DNA of 64,000 bases from Felis catus (taxonomy: Eukaryota). The stretch lies in NCBI RefSeq assembly GCF_018350175.1, contig NC_058369.1, forward strand, positions 25,298,001 to 25,362,000, written 5' to 3'. Shown here in pieces: positions 24,774-37,399 of this stretch (position 1 is its first letter; every line of letters begins with the position of its first letter). The notes beneath the pieces were generated by a model. It did not search any database. It was not told the DNA's origin and worked only from the letters and a program-made list of their open reading frames with translations. The translations under genes and the position numbers were made by a program.

Positions 24774-26762
24774 TTTTTTTAATTTAATTTTTTATTTTTT
24801 TAAATTTACATCCAAATTAGTTAGCATATAGTGCAACAATGATTTCAGGAGTAGATTCCTTAGTGCCCCTTACCCATTTAGCCCATCCCCCCTTCCACAA
24901 CCCCTCCCCAAAACCCTCCATTTGTTCTCCATATTTATGAGTCTCTTGTTTTGTCCCCCTCCCTGTTTTTATATTATTTTTGTTTCCCTTCCCTTATGTT
25001 CATCTGTTTTGTCTCTTAAAGTCCTCATATGAGTGAAGTCATGTGATTTTTGTCTTTCTCTGACTGACTGACTTCACTTAGCATAATACCCTCTAGTTCC
25101 ATCCACGTAGTTGCAAATGGCAAGATTTCATTCTTTTTGATTGCCAAGTAATACTCCATTGTATATATATACCACATCTTCTTTATCCATGCAACCATCG
25201 ATGGACATTTGGGCTCTTTCCATACTTTGGCTATTGTTGATAGTGCTGCTATAAACATGGGGTTGCATGTGTCCCTTTGAAACAGCACACCTGTATCCCA
25301 TGAACAAATGCCTAGGTGTCCTGATAATTTTTTATCAGGTCGTAGGGTAGTTCTGCTTTTAGTTTTTTGAGGAACCTCCATACTGTTTTCCAGAGTGGCT
25401 GCACCAACTTGCATTGCCACTAACAATGCAAAAGAGATCCTCTTTCTCTGCATCCTAGCCAACATCTGTTGTTGCCTGAGTTGTTAATGTTAGCCATTCT
25501 GACAGGTGTGAGGTGGTATCTCATTGTGGTTTTGATTTGTATTTCCCTGATGATGAGTGATGTTGAGCATTTTTTCATGTGTCAATTGGCCATCTGAATG
25601 TCTTCCTTGGAGAAGTGTCTATTCATGTCTTTCGCCCATTTCTTCACTGGATTATTTGTTTTTTGGATGTTGAGTTTGAGAAGTTCTTGATAGATTTTGG
25701 TACTAACCCTTTATCTGATATGTCATTTGCAAATATCTTCTCCCATTCTGTTGGTTGCCTTTTAGTTTTGCTGATTGTTTCCTTTGCCGTGCTGAAGGTT
25801 TTTATTTTGATGAGATCCCAGTAGTTCATTTTTGCTTTTGTTTCCCTTGCCTCTGGAGACGTGTTGAGTAAGAAGTTGCTATGGGCAAGATCAAAGAGGT
25901 TTTTGCCTCCTTTCTCCTCAAGGATTTTGATGGCTTTTTGTCTTACATTGAGGTCTTTCATCCATTTTGAGTTTATTTTTGTATGGTGTAAGAAAGTGGT
26001 CGAAGTTCATTCTTCTGCGTGTCACTGTCCAGTTTTCCCAGCACCATTTGCTGAAGAGACTGTCTTTATTCCATTGGATATTTTTTCCTGCTTTGTCAGA
26101 GATTAGTTGGCCATACGTTTATGTGTCCATTTCTGGGTTCTCTATTCTGTTCCATTGATCTGAGTGTCTGTTCTTGTGCCAGTACCATATTGTCTTGATG
26201 ATTACAGCTTTGTAGTATAGTTTGAAGTCTGGGATTGTGATGCCTCCTGCTTTGGTTTGCTTTTTCAAGATCACTTTGGCTATTTGGGGTCTTTTCTAGT
26301 TCCATACAAATTTTAGGATTATTTGTTCTAGCTCTGTGAAGAATGCTGGTGTTACTTTGATAGGGATTGCATTAAATATGTAGATTGTTTTAGGTAGTAT
26401 CGACATTTTAACAATATTTGTTCTTCCTTTCCAGGAGCATGGAATATTTTTCCATTTTTTTGTGTCTTCTTCAATTTCTTTCATAAGCTTTCTATAGTTT
26501 TCAGTGTATAGATTTTTCACCTCTTTGGTTAGATTTTTTCCTAGGTATCTTATAGTTTTTGGTGCAACTGTAAATGGGATCGATTTCCCATTTCCCATTT
26601 CCCATTTCCTTAATTTTTCTTTCTGTTGCTTCATTGTTGGTGTATAGGAATGCAACTGATTTCTGTGCATTGATTTCATATCCTGCAACTTTGCTGAATT
26701 CATGAATCAGTTCTAGCAGTTTTTTGGTGGAATCTTTTGGGTTTTCCATATAGACTGTCATG
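24774..26762 (-). mobile_element. Young 5'-truncated L1 (L1_Fc-type), about 2 kb, ORF2 RT/C-terminal part with frameshifts
   Basis: [53 protein letters not shown] in successive frames; 3' UTR and T tail. Confidence 0.95.
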
Positions 26763-27024
26763 TTGGTGTTTTCCTCTAATATTTGTGTGGTCTCCTATTT
26801 AAGGTTTAACTTTCTAATCCTTTTGTGTAAGGTATGAGACATAAATATAATTTAATTTTTTTCTAAATGGCTGTCCTGTTTTCCCAGGACTATTTATTTG
26901 AAAGTCCAACTTTACCCCCATGATTTTAGTTACTAAATTTCTATATGTCTTTGGGTCTGTATCTGAATTTTCTATTCTGTTCCACAAATCTATTTATCTA
27001 TTCATGTGCTAGTATGATACTTTA

Positions 27025-28063
27025 TATTTTTATTTTTTAAAGATTTTATTTTTAAGTAATCTCTGTACCCAGTGTGGGGCTCAAACTCATAACCCCAAGA
27101 TGAAGAGCCACACACTCCACCAACTGAGGCAGCTAGGTGCCCCGTATGCTTTTTAACTTAGTTTTTGTAGAATGTCTTAAGGTCTGATTGAGCTGTTGTA
27201 GATTTTTCTCTTTTGGTGTTTCCCTTGCTATTGTTCATTTTTATTTTTCCCTATGAACTTTGGCATTAACTTTCTAGCTCCATAAATAAATTTGCTGAAG
27301 GAATGCCTGGGTGGCTCAGTCAGTTATGTGTCTGACTCTTGATTTTGGCTCAGATCATGATCTTATGGTTTGTAAGATAGAAGCCCACATTGAGCTCTGT
27401 GCTGACAGCATGGAGCCTGCTTGGAATTCTCTCTCTTTCTGTCTTTCTCTCTCTGCCCCTACCGTGTGTGCATGCTCTCTCTCTCTCTGTCTCTCTCAGG
27501 ATGGATAAATAAGCATTAAAAAAAAAAAAGAACTTCGTATTTTTGATAGTGCAGATAGAGATACCCTTGCTTTGTTCCTTATCTTTATGGAAATGTCCCT
27601 AGTGTTTCCCAGAGAAATAAAATATGTTAAGAAACTATCCATTAAAAAAAAAGAAGAAAAAGATGAAAAGAAAAAAGAAAATATCCATCAATTTCTATTT
27701 TCTTGCATTTTTTAATAGATGTCAAATTTTGACAAAGCCTTCTTTAGGATCTATGGAGGTAATCATATGATTTTTCTTTCAAGATCTATTAATGTGATAT
27801 TTTATTAGATGTCCTAAGATTGAACCAATCTGCATTCCTGGAATGAAATCCTACTTGGTCATGATATATTATTTTTCTTAATGTTTACTTATTTTTGAGA
27901 GAGAGAGAGAGAGAAAGAGAGGGGCAGAGAAAGGGAGACAGAGGATCCAAAGCAGGCTCTGTACTGACAGCAGACAGCCCAATGCAGGGCTGGGACTCGT
28001 GAACCGTGAGATCATGACCTGAGCCATAGTCAAATGCTTAACTGACTGAGCCACCCAGGTGCC
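27025..28063. mobile_element. Three Can-SINEs (about 27025-27143 minus, 27300-27529 plus, 27872-28063 minus) in old L1 sequence
   Basis: SINE heads and tails; flanking L1-like sequence. Confidence 0.8.
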
Positions 28064-28528
28064 AATGGTATATTATTCTCTTAACATGGTGTTGTATCCT
28101 GTTTGCTAATGTTTTATTCAATATTTTTGTATCAATAGTCATAAGCAATCATAGTTTGTGATTTTCTTTCCTTTTCTTTTTTTATTATCTTTTAAAAGTC
28201 AACTTCATTTGATTTGGGTATCAATGTTGTACATTTGCTACATTCTACAATAATTTATGTAGCATTGGGACTATGTGGTGTTTGAAGGTTTAGTAGAATT
28301 CCCCTGTGAAACTATCTGGAGCTGGTTCTCTTTTGTGGAATAATGTTCTATTTCTTCCACAGAAATTGGTATATTTAAGATTTCTATCTTTAAAGGAATC
28401 AAATTTGGTAAACTCTGATTTTTTGTTTTATGTTTTTTGGTTTTTTCAAAAGGTTTTATTTTTAAGTAATCTCTACACCCAATGTGGGGTTTGAACTCAC
28501 AGCCCCAAGATCAAGAGTCGAGTGTTCT

Positions 28529-28747
28529 GGGCGCCTGGGTGGCTCAGTCGGTTAAGCGGCCGACTTCCACTCAGGTCATGATCTCGCGGTCTGTGAGTTC
28601 GAGCCCCGCGTCGGGCTCTGTGCTGACAGCTCAGAGCCTGGAGCCTGTTTCAGATTCTGTGTCTCCCTCTCTCTGACCCTCCCCCGTTCATGCTCTGTCT
28701 CTCTCTGTCTCAAAAATAAATAAACGTTAAAAAAAAAAATTAAAAAA
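28529..28747 (+). mobile_element. Young Can-SINE nested in an older minus-strand short SINE (about 28440-28788)
   Basis: Perfect TSD AAGAGTCGAGTGTTCT 28513-28528 / 28748-28763. Confidence 0.93.
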
Positions 28748-28840
28748 AAGAGTCGAGTGTTCTACCCATGAAGTCAGCCAGGTGCCCCTGTTTTTTGTTT
28801 TTTGGGGTTCTTTTGTTTTTAATTCACCATTTTGTCTAGT

Positions 28841-28910
28841 TGTTTTTTTTTTTTAAGTTTATATATTTATTTTGAGAGACAGAGAGAGAGTGAGAGAGCA
28901 GGGGAGGGGC

Positions 28911-28961
<51 letters not shown>

Positions 28962-29086
28962 CCCAAGCAGGCTCCACTCTGTCAGCACAGAGCCTGATGC
29001 AGGGCTCGAACCCACGAACTGTGAGATCATGACCTGCGCTGAACCAAGAGCCAGACGCTTAACTGACTGAGCCACCCAGGTGCCCC
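28841..29086 (-). mobile_element. Can-SINE with (GA)n
   Basis: Flanking TGTCTAG repeat; complete element. Confidence 0.9.
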
Positions 29087-30059
29087 TGTCTAGGTTTTTA
29101 AAATGTATTTGCTTAAAGGTCTACCAAATAGTCTCTTATGATTTAAAATTTTTCTTCTATTTAAATTACTCTTACTATTTCCCCTGTCATTTCTTATTTT
29201 GCATATTTGTGTTTTCCTTCTTTTGCCTGATTAAGTTAGCAAGTGGCTTATCTATTTTGTTAACTTTTTCCAAAAACAAATCACGATTTTGACTTGTTCA
29301 AACATACTATTTCTCTATTCTCTATCCACTAATTTCTGATTTTATGTAATCTTTGTGGTTTCCATTTCTGTACTTTGTTGTTGTTTGTTTATTCTGTAAT
29401 TATTTTCTGATGTCTTGAGCTTGGAATCTTTTTACCACTCTCTCATTTTTAATGATATATATGGTTAGGGGTATGGATTTTCCTCTCATCCCTACTTTAT
29501 ATATACATTTATTTAATTGACTCTGTTATACAGTTTCATCAGTCTTCAGAGATTCGATAATTTTGGTTTGTCTCCCCCTCTGTACCCAAGAGTTAATAGG
29601 TTTAAAAATTTCCAGGTTGAAGATTCTTTTCATATTTAAACAATATGAAACTTACAAAAGTTGCAAGTATAGTACAAAAAATATTTTTCCCTGAATCATT
29701 TGAGAGTAAGTTACCAACTTCTAGCCCTAATCACCTCAAACACTTAGTGTGTATTTCCTTCAGACAGGTATGTTTCCTATATAACCACAATACAGGTACA
29801 GAAATGAGGAAATTAACGTAATTAACATAGATGTTCTTGTTTTTCTTTTGTCCTGCAGAATCCCTCGGTTTCTCCCTTCTGCTCCTTTCCCGCTTTTACC
29901 GTGCAGTCTCCTCTCTCTCTTTTTACTCTTTTCTCCCCCAAAAGCATTGCCTTTCCAAAGGCTTCTCATGCACACATTTTAGTCCCTTCCCTGTAATCAG
30001 TGCTTTGATGTACCAAGACTCTTCACATTTAAGGTGGACTTTCCCTATTGAAAAAAAAT

Positions 30060-31272
30060 TTTGAGATGTAATTCACATACCATAAAATCAATTTTTTTAA
30101 AGTGTACAATTCAGGGAGTCTGAGTGGCTCAGTTGGTTAAGCATCTGACTCTTGATTTCAGCTCAGGTCATGATCTCATGGGTTTGTGAGATGAAGCCCC
30201 AAATTGGGCTCTACATTGACAGCATGGAGCCCTCTTGGGATTCTCTCCCTCCCTCCCTCTCTCTGCTCTTCCCCCACTTACGCGCACACATGCATGCTGT
30301 CTCTCTTTCAAAATAAATAAATGAATGGGTTTTTTTTAAGTATACAGGCGTACCTGGGTGGTTCAGTTGGCTGAGCGTCCAACTTCGGCTCAGGTCATGA
30401 TCTCACGGTTTGTGAGTTGGAGCCCCGCGTCAGGCTCTGTGCTGACAGCTCAGAGCCTGAAGCCTGTTTCAGATTCTGTGTCTCCCTCTCTCTGACCCTC
30501 CCCCGTTCATGCTCTGTCTCTCTCTGTCTCAAAAATAAACGTTAAAAAAATTTTTTAAAAAACGAATAAAAAGTATACAATTCAGTGGTTTTTAGTACAT
30601 TCACAAGATTGTGAAACCAGTACCATATCTAATTCCAGAACATTTTTATCACCCCCTAAAAACCCCATTATCATTAGCATCATTGTCCAACTCTGCTCCC
30701 AGCCCCTAGTAACCACTCATCTACTTTCTTTCTCTATGGTTTTGCTTATTGTGGACATTTCATAGAATTGGAATCATATAAAAAGAGGCTTTTGTATTTG
30801 ACTCCTTTCACTTATGCTTTTTTCAAAGTCTATCCATTGTAGAATATATGGTAGAATATATCAATACTTCATTCTTTTTTATGGCTGAATAATAGTCCCT
30901 TATATGGCTATACCGCATTTTCTTCAATTCATTAGTTAATGTTAATTGAGGTGTTTCCACCTTTGCACTCTTATGAATAATGTTGCTGTAAATATTCATG
31001 TACAAGTTTTTGTATGGACATGTTTTCGGTTTGAGTGTATATCTAAGAGTAGAATTTCTGAGTAATATGGTAATTTTATGTTTAATTTTTTGAAGATCTG
31101 ACAAATGCTATCCAATGTGATTGCATAATTTTACATTTCCACAGCAATGTTTGAGGGTTTCCATTTCTCTACATCCTTGTCAATATTTGCTACTATCTGT
31201 CTTTGTAAAAAATTATATCTATCCTAGTGGTCGTGTGGTGGTATTTCATTGTGGTTTTGATTTGCATTTTCT
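30060..31272 (-). mobile_element. L1MB-like 3' fragment with two tandem plus-strand SINEs (about 30114-30335, 30346-30570)
   Basis: AAGT(G/A)TACAATTCAG duplicated around the SINE pair; [12 protein letters not shown] on minus strand. Confidence 0.8.
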
Positions 31273-31325
31273 GGGCTTTCTCTTTCCTGTGATTTTAACC
31301 CAGTCTGCCTTTACAGCCCCTACTC

Positions 31326-31513
31326 TTTTTGTTTGTTTGTTTGTTTGTTTATTTATTTGAGAGAGACAGAGAGTAGGGGAGGGGCAGAGATAGAGGGAGA
31401 ATTGCAAGCACGCCCCGCACAGTCAGCATAGAACTGGATCTCACATTCATGACATCATGACCCCAGGCGAAATCAAGTCAGATGCCTAACTGACTGAGCC
31501 ACCCAGGCAGCCC
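31326..31513 (-). mobile_element. Can-SINE
   Basis: Head and tail motifs. Confidence 0.85.
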
Positions 31514-32137
31514 AGAGTCCCTACTCTTAACCTCTCTTCTATAACAGATACCACATAAAGAGTAAAAAGTAAAAATCCCCTTTGGACTACCTCTTAATGC
31601 CACAGTAACCACTTGTTACAGCTTCAACAGTTTATTATAAATTTATTATATATCCTTATAGACCTTGTCCCTGCATATAAGCACTCTTAGGGTCATTTTA
31701 GTTTACTTTTGTTTTTTACATAAATGATGCTGTAATATGCATATTCTGTAATTTGCTTCTTTTTACTCAACATACTATTATTTTTAAAAGTCTATAAGCA
31801 TGTATTATGTAAATAAGAATTATTGTAAGTGGAATAATGGCATCTTCTAGATGAGCGAGTACATCTGGATTTCGTCTATAAATTTCTGATTGCTATTTTA
31901 GGGTAACAGACTTAAATCTAGTGATTTTGTTAAATCTTAATTGTAAGTTTTAATATTTATATAAACAAGAATGTACATATCTCTAGCCAAAATACCACTT
32001 ATATTTAGAGAATATGTTATTTCTAAGGAATTCTGGGAACTTAATAGATGTGATTACTTTAACTATCAAACACTCAGCCCTCCTACCTCCCCTACCTCCA
32101 AAAAAAGAAAAGAAAAAAACAAAACTTCAGTGTACTT

Positions 32138-32171
32138 CTTTTTAACTTAAAAAATTTTTTTAATGTTTATT

Positions 32172-32206
<35 letters not shown>

Positions 32207-32372
32207 ATGAGTAGGGAAGGGGCAGAGAGAGAGGGAGACACAGAATCAAAAGCAGGCTGCAGTCTTTGAGCTGTCAGCACAGAACCTGACGGGGGGCGTG
32301 AACCTGTGAAGCGTGAGATCATGACCTGAGCTGAAGTCAGACTCTCAACCAACTGAGCCACCCAGGCACCCC
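32138..32372 (-). mobile_element. Can-SINE
   Basis: Flanking repeat CAGTGTACTT. Confidence 0.9.
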
Positions 32373-32419
32373 CAGTGTACTTTTTAATATATTGCCATTA
32401 GAGCTGTTAACTATGTCTC

Positions 32420-32960
32420 CTGGAAGGTTTAGTGGGAAGAGGCAACTGTAGAGTAGGGCAGAACTTAGTCTGAATCATACCTAAACCACTTCCTAGCTGT
32501 GTGGCTCTGACCAAATTATTTAGTCTTTCTGTATCCCACAATTTACTCATCTATAAAGTGGGGATAATAAGTCATCATAATAAAAATATCTGAGGTTAGG
32601 TTTTCTTATCTTTTTAAAAAAAAAAATTTTTAACGTTTCTTATTTTTGAGAGAGCGAGAGCCAGAGAGCAAGCAGGGAAGGGGCAGAGACAGAGGGAGAT
32701 ACAGAATTGGAGGCAGGCTCCAGGCTCTGAGCTGCCAGCACAGAGCCCGATGCGGGGCTTGAACTCACAGACCGCGAGATCATGACCCGAGCTGAAGTCG
32801 GCCACTTAACCGACTGAGCCACCCAGGCCCCCAGGTTTTCTTATCTTTAAAGTGGGTTGGCTATATCCAACCTGCAGAGCTGTTGTGAAAATTAAATCAG
32901 ATAACTTATGTGAAGTACCATATTGCGTAGCTCGTGGTAGGCAGCTAATAAATGGTGATA
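32420..32960 (+). mobile_element. MIR interrupted by a minus-strand SINE (about 32612-32832)
   Basis: CCACTTCCTAGCTGTGTG...CTCATCTATAAAGTGGGGATAATAA; SINE TSD AGGTTTTCTTATCTTT. Confidence 0.8.
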
Positions 32961-33217
32961 TTAATTATTGTTTTTATTAATAGTATCATCTTTTATCTTT
33001 ATGACTTTGGTGAGGAGGCTCATTCAATTCATTGTTTGTTATGCAAAAGGATACTGATAGGCTAAAAAATGTCATAAAGATCTGTAGATCATAGAAATAA
33101 CCTATTAAGATACTAGAAACACAATGGGTAATCACAGGGATGGGAAGGTGTCAGATAAAGCAGAGGGAAATAACCGTAAAGGATAAGACTGAGATTTGTC
33201 TAAAAATATTTCAATTT

Positions 33218-33395
33218 AGGGGCACCCAGACAGCTCAGTCCGTTAAGTGTCCAGCTTCAGCTTAGGCATGTTCTCACAGCTCATGAGTTCAAGCCCTGCA
33301 TCAGACTCTCTGCTATCAGCACAGAGCCTGCTTTGGATCCTCTGCCTCCCTCCCCTGCTCTCTCTATCTCTCAAAAATAAACATTGAAAAAATAA
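33218..33395 (+). mobile_element. Can-SINE
   Basis: Flanking AAAATATTTCAA repeat. Confidence 0.85.
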
Positions 33396-33529
33396 AAATA
33401 TTTCAAATCATGTATGTAAAACTCATAAGATTAAAAGGTAAATGTTAAGAAATTATGAGTCAAACTATGGTAATCAAATGTTTACTGTATAAGGAACTGA
33501 CACAAATCAGTAAGAAAAACTGTAAGACT

Positions 33530-34190
33530 ATATTGCTTACAACAGTGCTGTTTTTATAACCCCTCAAACTCAGTGGTTGGAAACTCTCTCACAGGCCTGG
33601 GATTTGGAAGAATATAGGCAGGTTTGGCTGGGCTTGCCTTGGCTGCAGGCTGCAGGTTAGGTTGAGGTCTGCTTCATGTTTCTCAATTTGGAGGCTAACC
33701 TAAAGGGGCAGTAGGTACTCAGAGTGTGTGCTTCTCCCGGCAATAGCAGAAGAGCAAGTAGATAAGGGGAATGTCTCTTGAGGCCTCTTCCTGGAACTGG
33801 TACTGCATCACTTCTGTCCACGTTCTATTGGCTAAAGGAGATCACATGACCAAACCCAACAGCAGCGGAGGTGGCAGATGTACTCTTTCCTCAATAATGG
33901 GTGGTGCTGCAAAGCCACAGGCCAAAGGGCATGGATGTATGATTTTAAAATACGGAGGGCATGGGGCACCTGGGTGGCTCACTCAGTTGAGCATCCGACT
34001 TCGGCTCAGGTCATGATCCCATGGTTCATGAGTTTGAGCCCGGCATCGGTCTCCCTGCTGTCAGAGCAGAGCCCGCTTCAGATCCTCTGTCTGCCCTCTC
34101 TTGCACTCTCTCTCCCTTTCAAAAAAAAAAAAAAATACAGAGGGCATGAAAAACTGAACAGTGACTCAACATACCACAGACTGCCAAGAA
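33530..34190 (-). mobile_element. Old MLT1-type LTR with a plus-strand SINE at about 33963-34132
   Basis: CATCACTTCTGTCCACGTTCTATTGGCTAAAGGAGATCACATGACCAAACCC; SINE TSD AAAATAC(G/A)GAGGGCAT. Confidence 0.7.
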
Positions 34191-35317
34191 AGTAATAGGT
34201 GAAGTAGGATTGACCAAATGAGAAGATAAAGTTATCAGGTAACATGCCAAAAGTTGAATCTCAAAAAATCAAGTTGAAATAACAATGAGAAATCACTTTT
34301 CATCTGAAAAGTTAGCAAAAGTATTTCTAAAAATGATTAAACTCAGTCAGGATGAGGTAAAACAAGCAAATAAGTAAAAGATTTTCATTTTTGTAGTAAT
34401 AGTGCAAAGAAACAACGACATCTTTGAAGGTACTTAAAAGCTCGTTATTTATTTTCCTGAGCATGGTTTGAATTTTTGAGAGAATACATCAAAAAGGTAA
34501 AATTTGTCCTAAATTTCAATTTCTATGCCTAATACAGCTAACACACACACATGCAAATAATTGTTTTGGATCCCATTTAATTTTTTTAGGAATTCTCTGC
34601 CTTTTTAACATAGTTCTAACACTTTTCTCTAATGTACTTTTCCTAGTAATAGTGATTTTCGAATGTTTTAAAGCTTTGGGACCCTATTTGAAGTCTAGAA
34701 CAAACTAGCATGTGGCAATCAAAGTAGAGATCATCGGAAAATTCTGTTAGCATGGTTACTGTTATTACTCATAAGGATGATCATTACTTGTAAAATTATT
34801 ATTTGCAGGGATTCACTTGCAAATTGCTAAGAAAACCCTTTCTCATGACAGTATCAGAAGTAAAAGAAATAGAAGTAGGTAAGTAAAGTCCCCTACCTCC
34901 TGAGTGTGTAAGTTACAGGGCCAAACACGATCCAGTTCTTGCATATTTAGTAATTTTCAAATGTTCCAAAGCTTGCAGTACTTTAAATTCACTGCCTTCT
35001 CCTTTTCCCACATAGTAGCTAAAGCCTCCCAAATTTCCCTTCTCTCTCTATAATCTCCACCTTTCCATCTCCACCACCCCTACCTTTACCCAGGTAAGGT
35101 AAAGGTCAACAACTTCAAAAATACGTATTGCAACTATAGGTAGGTGGGTCCCCTCAATCCGGCCTTTAACTTCACCCCGCATCCTGTTTCTGTCTTCCTA
35201 AACCATGGTGCAACCCTAGTTTAGTAAACAAACATGGTTCGCCATTTCCCACCACATCGTTTTACTTCCTTGGCCTTTTTCAAAGGTTCTCCATAACCTG
35301 TATCCACCCCTAATGGG

Positions 35318-35498
35318 CAGGTCTGGCTGCATAATTTGGGGGGTTCAGTGCAAATTAAAATTGTAGGACTATTGGGCCAAAAATTATTAAGATTTTCAAA
35401 ATGGCAGCAGCAGAGCATCAAACCAAGTATGGGGCCGTTCTGAACACAGGGTCCTGTGTAACTACAGGGGGTGCATTGTGCCCACAAAGTTGGCCATG
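35318..35498 (-). mobile_element. MER45A-like hAT DNA transposon (MITE)
   Basis: CAGGTCTGGCTGCATAATTTGGGGGGTTCAGTGCAAATT...AAAATTATTAAGATTTTCAAAATGGCAGCAGCAGAGCAT matches recalled MER45A, about 180 bp. Confidence 0.8.
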
Positions 35499-35796
35499 CC
35501 AACAGTCATCCATCGCTGTAGAGAGGCCACCATTCTTGCTGTCCAGCTTCCGAGTCTTCTTACATATTGTTTCCTCACCTGGAACACCGTCCTCCCAACA
35601 CCCAGCTCCTGCCCACATTAAGCTTTAGTCTTTTCACAGACCTATTCATGTAGAGGCAACGAGTTGAGAGTTGGTCTTTACATATGTCTGATCCATCCCC
35701 TCCTATAGCTTATAGTAGTCCTGACCATCTACAAATCTACAAACATTAATTTAGACTTTAATTATATGCTTCCATGTGTTATTATCTTACTGTTTC

Positions 35797-36400
35797 TTTC
35801 ATTCATTCATTCATTCATTCATTCATTCATTCATTCACCAGATATTGTATGCCAAATATTTGCCATGGCTTTGCTAGGCACTGGGTATAGTAAGTCCCAA
35901 AACAGCAGAAACCTTGTTTTACTTGTTCACCATTCCATCCCCATAGTCTCACATAGTGATGGGCTCGTGGCAGATACTGAACAAATTGTTGTTGAATAAC
36001 TGTTAACCAGTATTTTCTCTCCATCATATAGTGAGCTCCTAGAGACCAAGAACTGTTTTTATTTGTTCCAAGACTGCTGATTGAGAACCCGCTGTGTGCC
36101 ACATATTGTTCCAGACATAACAACACTGTTCTAGACAACTTACTTTACTTCTTCTATATTCCCTAGCACATTATTATAAGTGAACATTTCCTGATCATTT
36201 TGTATTTGCCAGGAATTAGTCTAATCCTTCTCCATTATCTCATTTAATTCCCCCAATGATTCTATGAAATAGGTCCCATTTTATCCCCATTTTATAGATG
36301 ACAAAATCGAGGCTCAAAGAGATTAAAGAACTGATCCAAAGTCAAATACCTATTGGGGTTTGAACCCGGGTGACCAGACTCTACATTGCTAGGCTGCCTC
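35797..36400. mobile_element. L2 ends with (TTCA)n, then MIR at about 36200-36400
   Basis: (TTCA)n 35797-35837; CCCCATTTTATAGATGACAAAATCGAGGCTCAAAGAG. Confidence 0.7.
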
Positions 36401-36985
36401 CAATGAGTACTTTTTGATTGACTGACTTGACTGAAATAGAGAGCTCAAGGAAGAGTAGTATTGGTGGCTCAATACACCATCAAATAGGGGCTGTGTCCTG
36501 TAAAACCACTGTTAGGCAATTTCTTGACCAACACCAGATACAATAGGTGTATGGTTCTTTGCAAGCTTGTAATGTGGTAAATAGGACATAAACTGTGGCA
36601 TCATTTACTTCATCATATGAACTTCCAGTCATAAAATGCTGAATAAAGGAGATGCCCACTAGGCTATCCAAGGATGCCTGGAAGAAGAGACCAGACATGA
36701 AGCTCCTAAATGTTAACTCTTTACTAGACAGAAGGTAAGCAATAAACTTTTTGGGCTGGGGTTTGGTTGTGGGACCCAGTAATTCCTGTTGACACCAACA
36801 AGCTTCCTAAGGCATCAGCAGGGGAAAAGGAAAAGGGTGGGAATAAGAAAACAAGAGAGAGGAAAATGGGAAGGCATGAGTCTAATGAGATGTGGACTGG
36901 TCAGAGCCATCAAGAGCTGCCTTGGCTGCTTGGCCACTGTGGGCTGCTGCCCCAGCAGGAGACAGAACACTTCAAATGAGCTTTA

Positions 36986-37217
36986 GGGATGCCTGGGTGG
37001 CTCAGTCAGTTAAGCATCTATCGACTCTCGATTTTGCCTCAGGTCGTGATCTTGCAATTTGTGAGTTCGAGCCCTGTGTTGGGCTCTGCGCTAACAGTGC
37101 TGACAGTTTGGAGCTTGCTTGGGATTTTCTCTCTCTCCCTCTCTCTGCTCCTCCCCAGCTCATGCTCTCTCTTTCTCTCACAATAAGTAAAGTTAAAAAT
37201 AAATAAATAAACAAATA
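36986..37217 (+). mobile_element. Can-SINE
   Basis: TSD AAATGAGCTTTA 36974 / 37218. Confidence 0.9.
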
Positions 37218-37399
37218 AAATGAGCTTTACATGCAGCCAAAGGGACACGGAAGGGCTTTTAGTCCCATGGGGCTCAGCGAGATGGAGAGGGCAGGTCACC
37301 ATGTCATACTTTGATTTCTGTTCCTCATCAAGTAAATGGACTCAGCTCCCTGACTTTGAAAGAAGTAAAAACAAGGCCCAGGTTGATGCTGTGTGCTGG

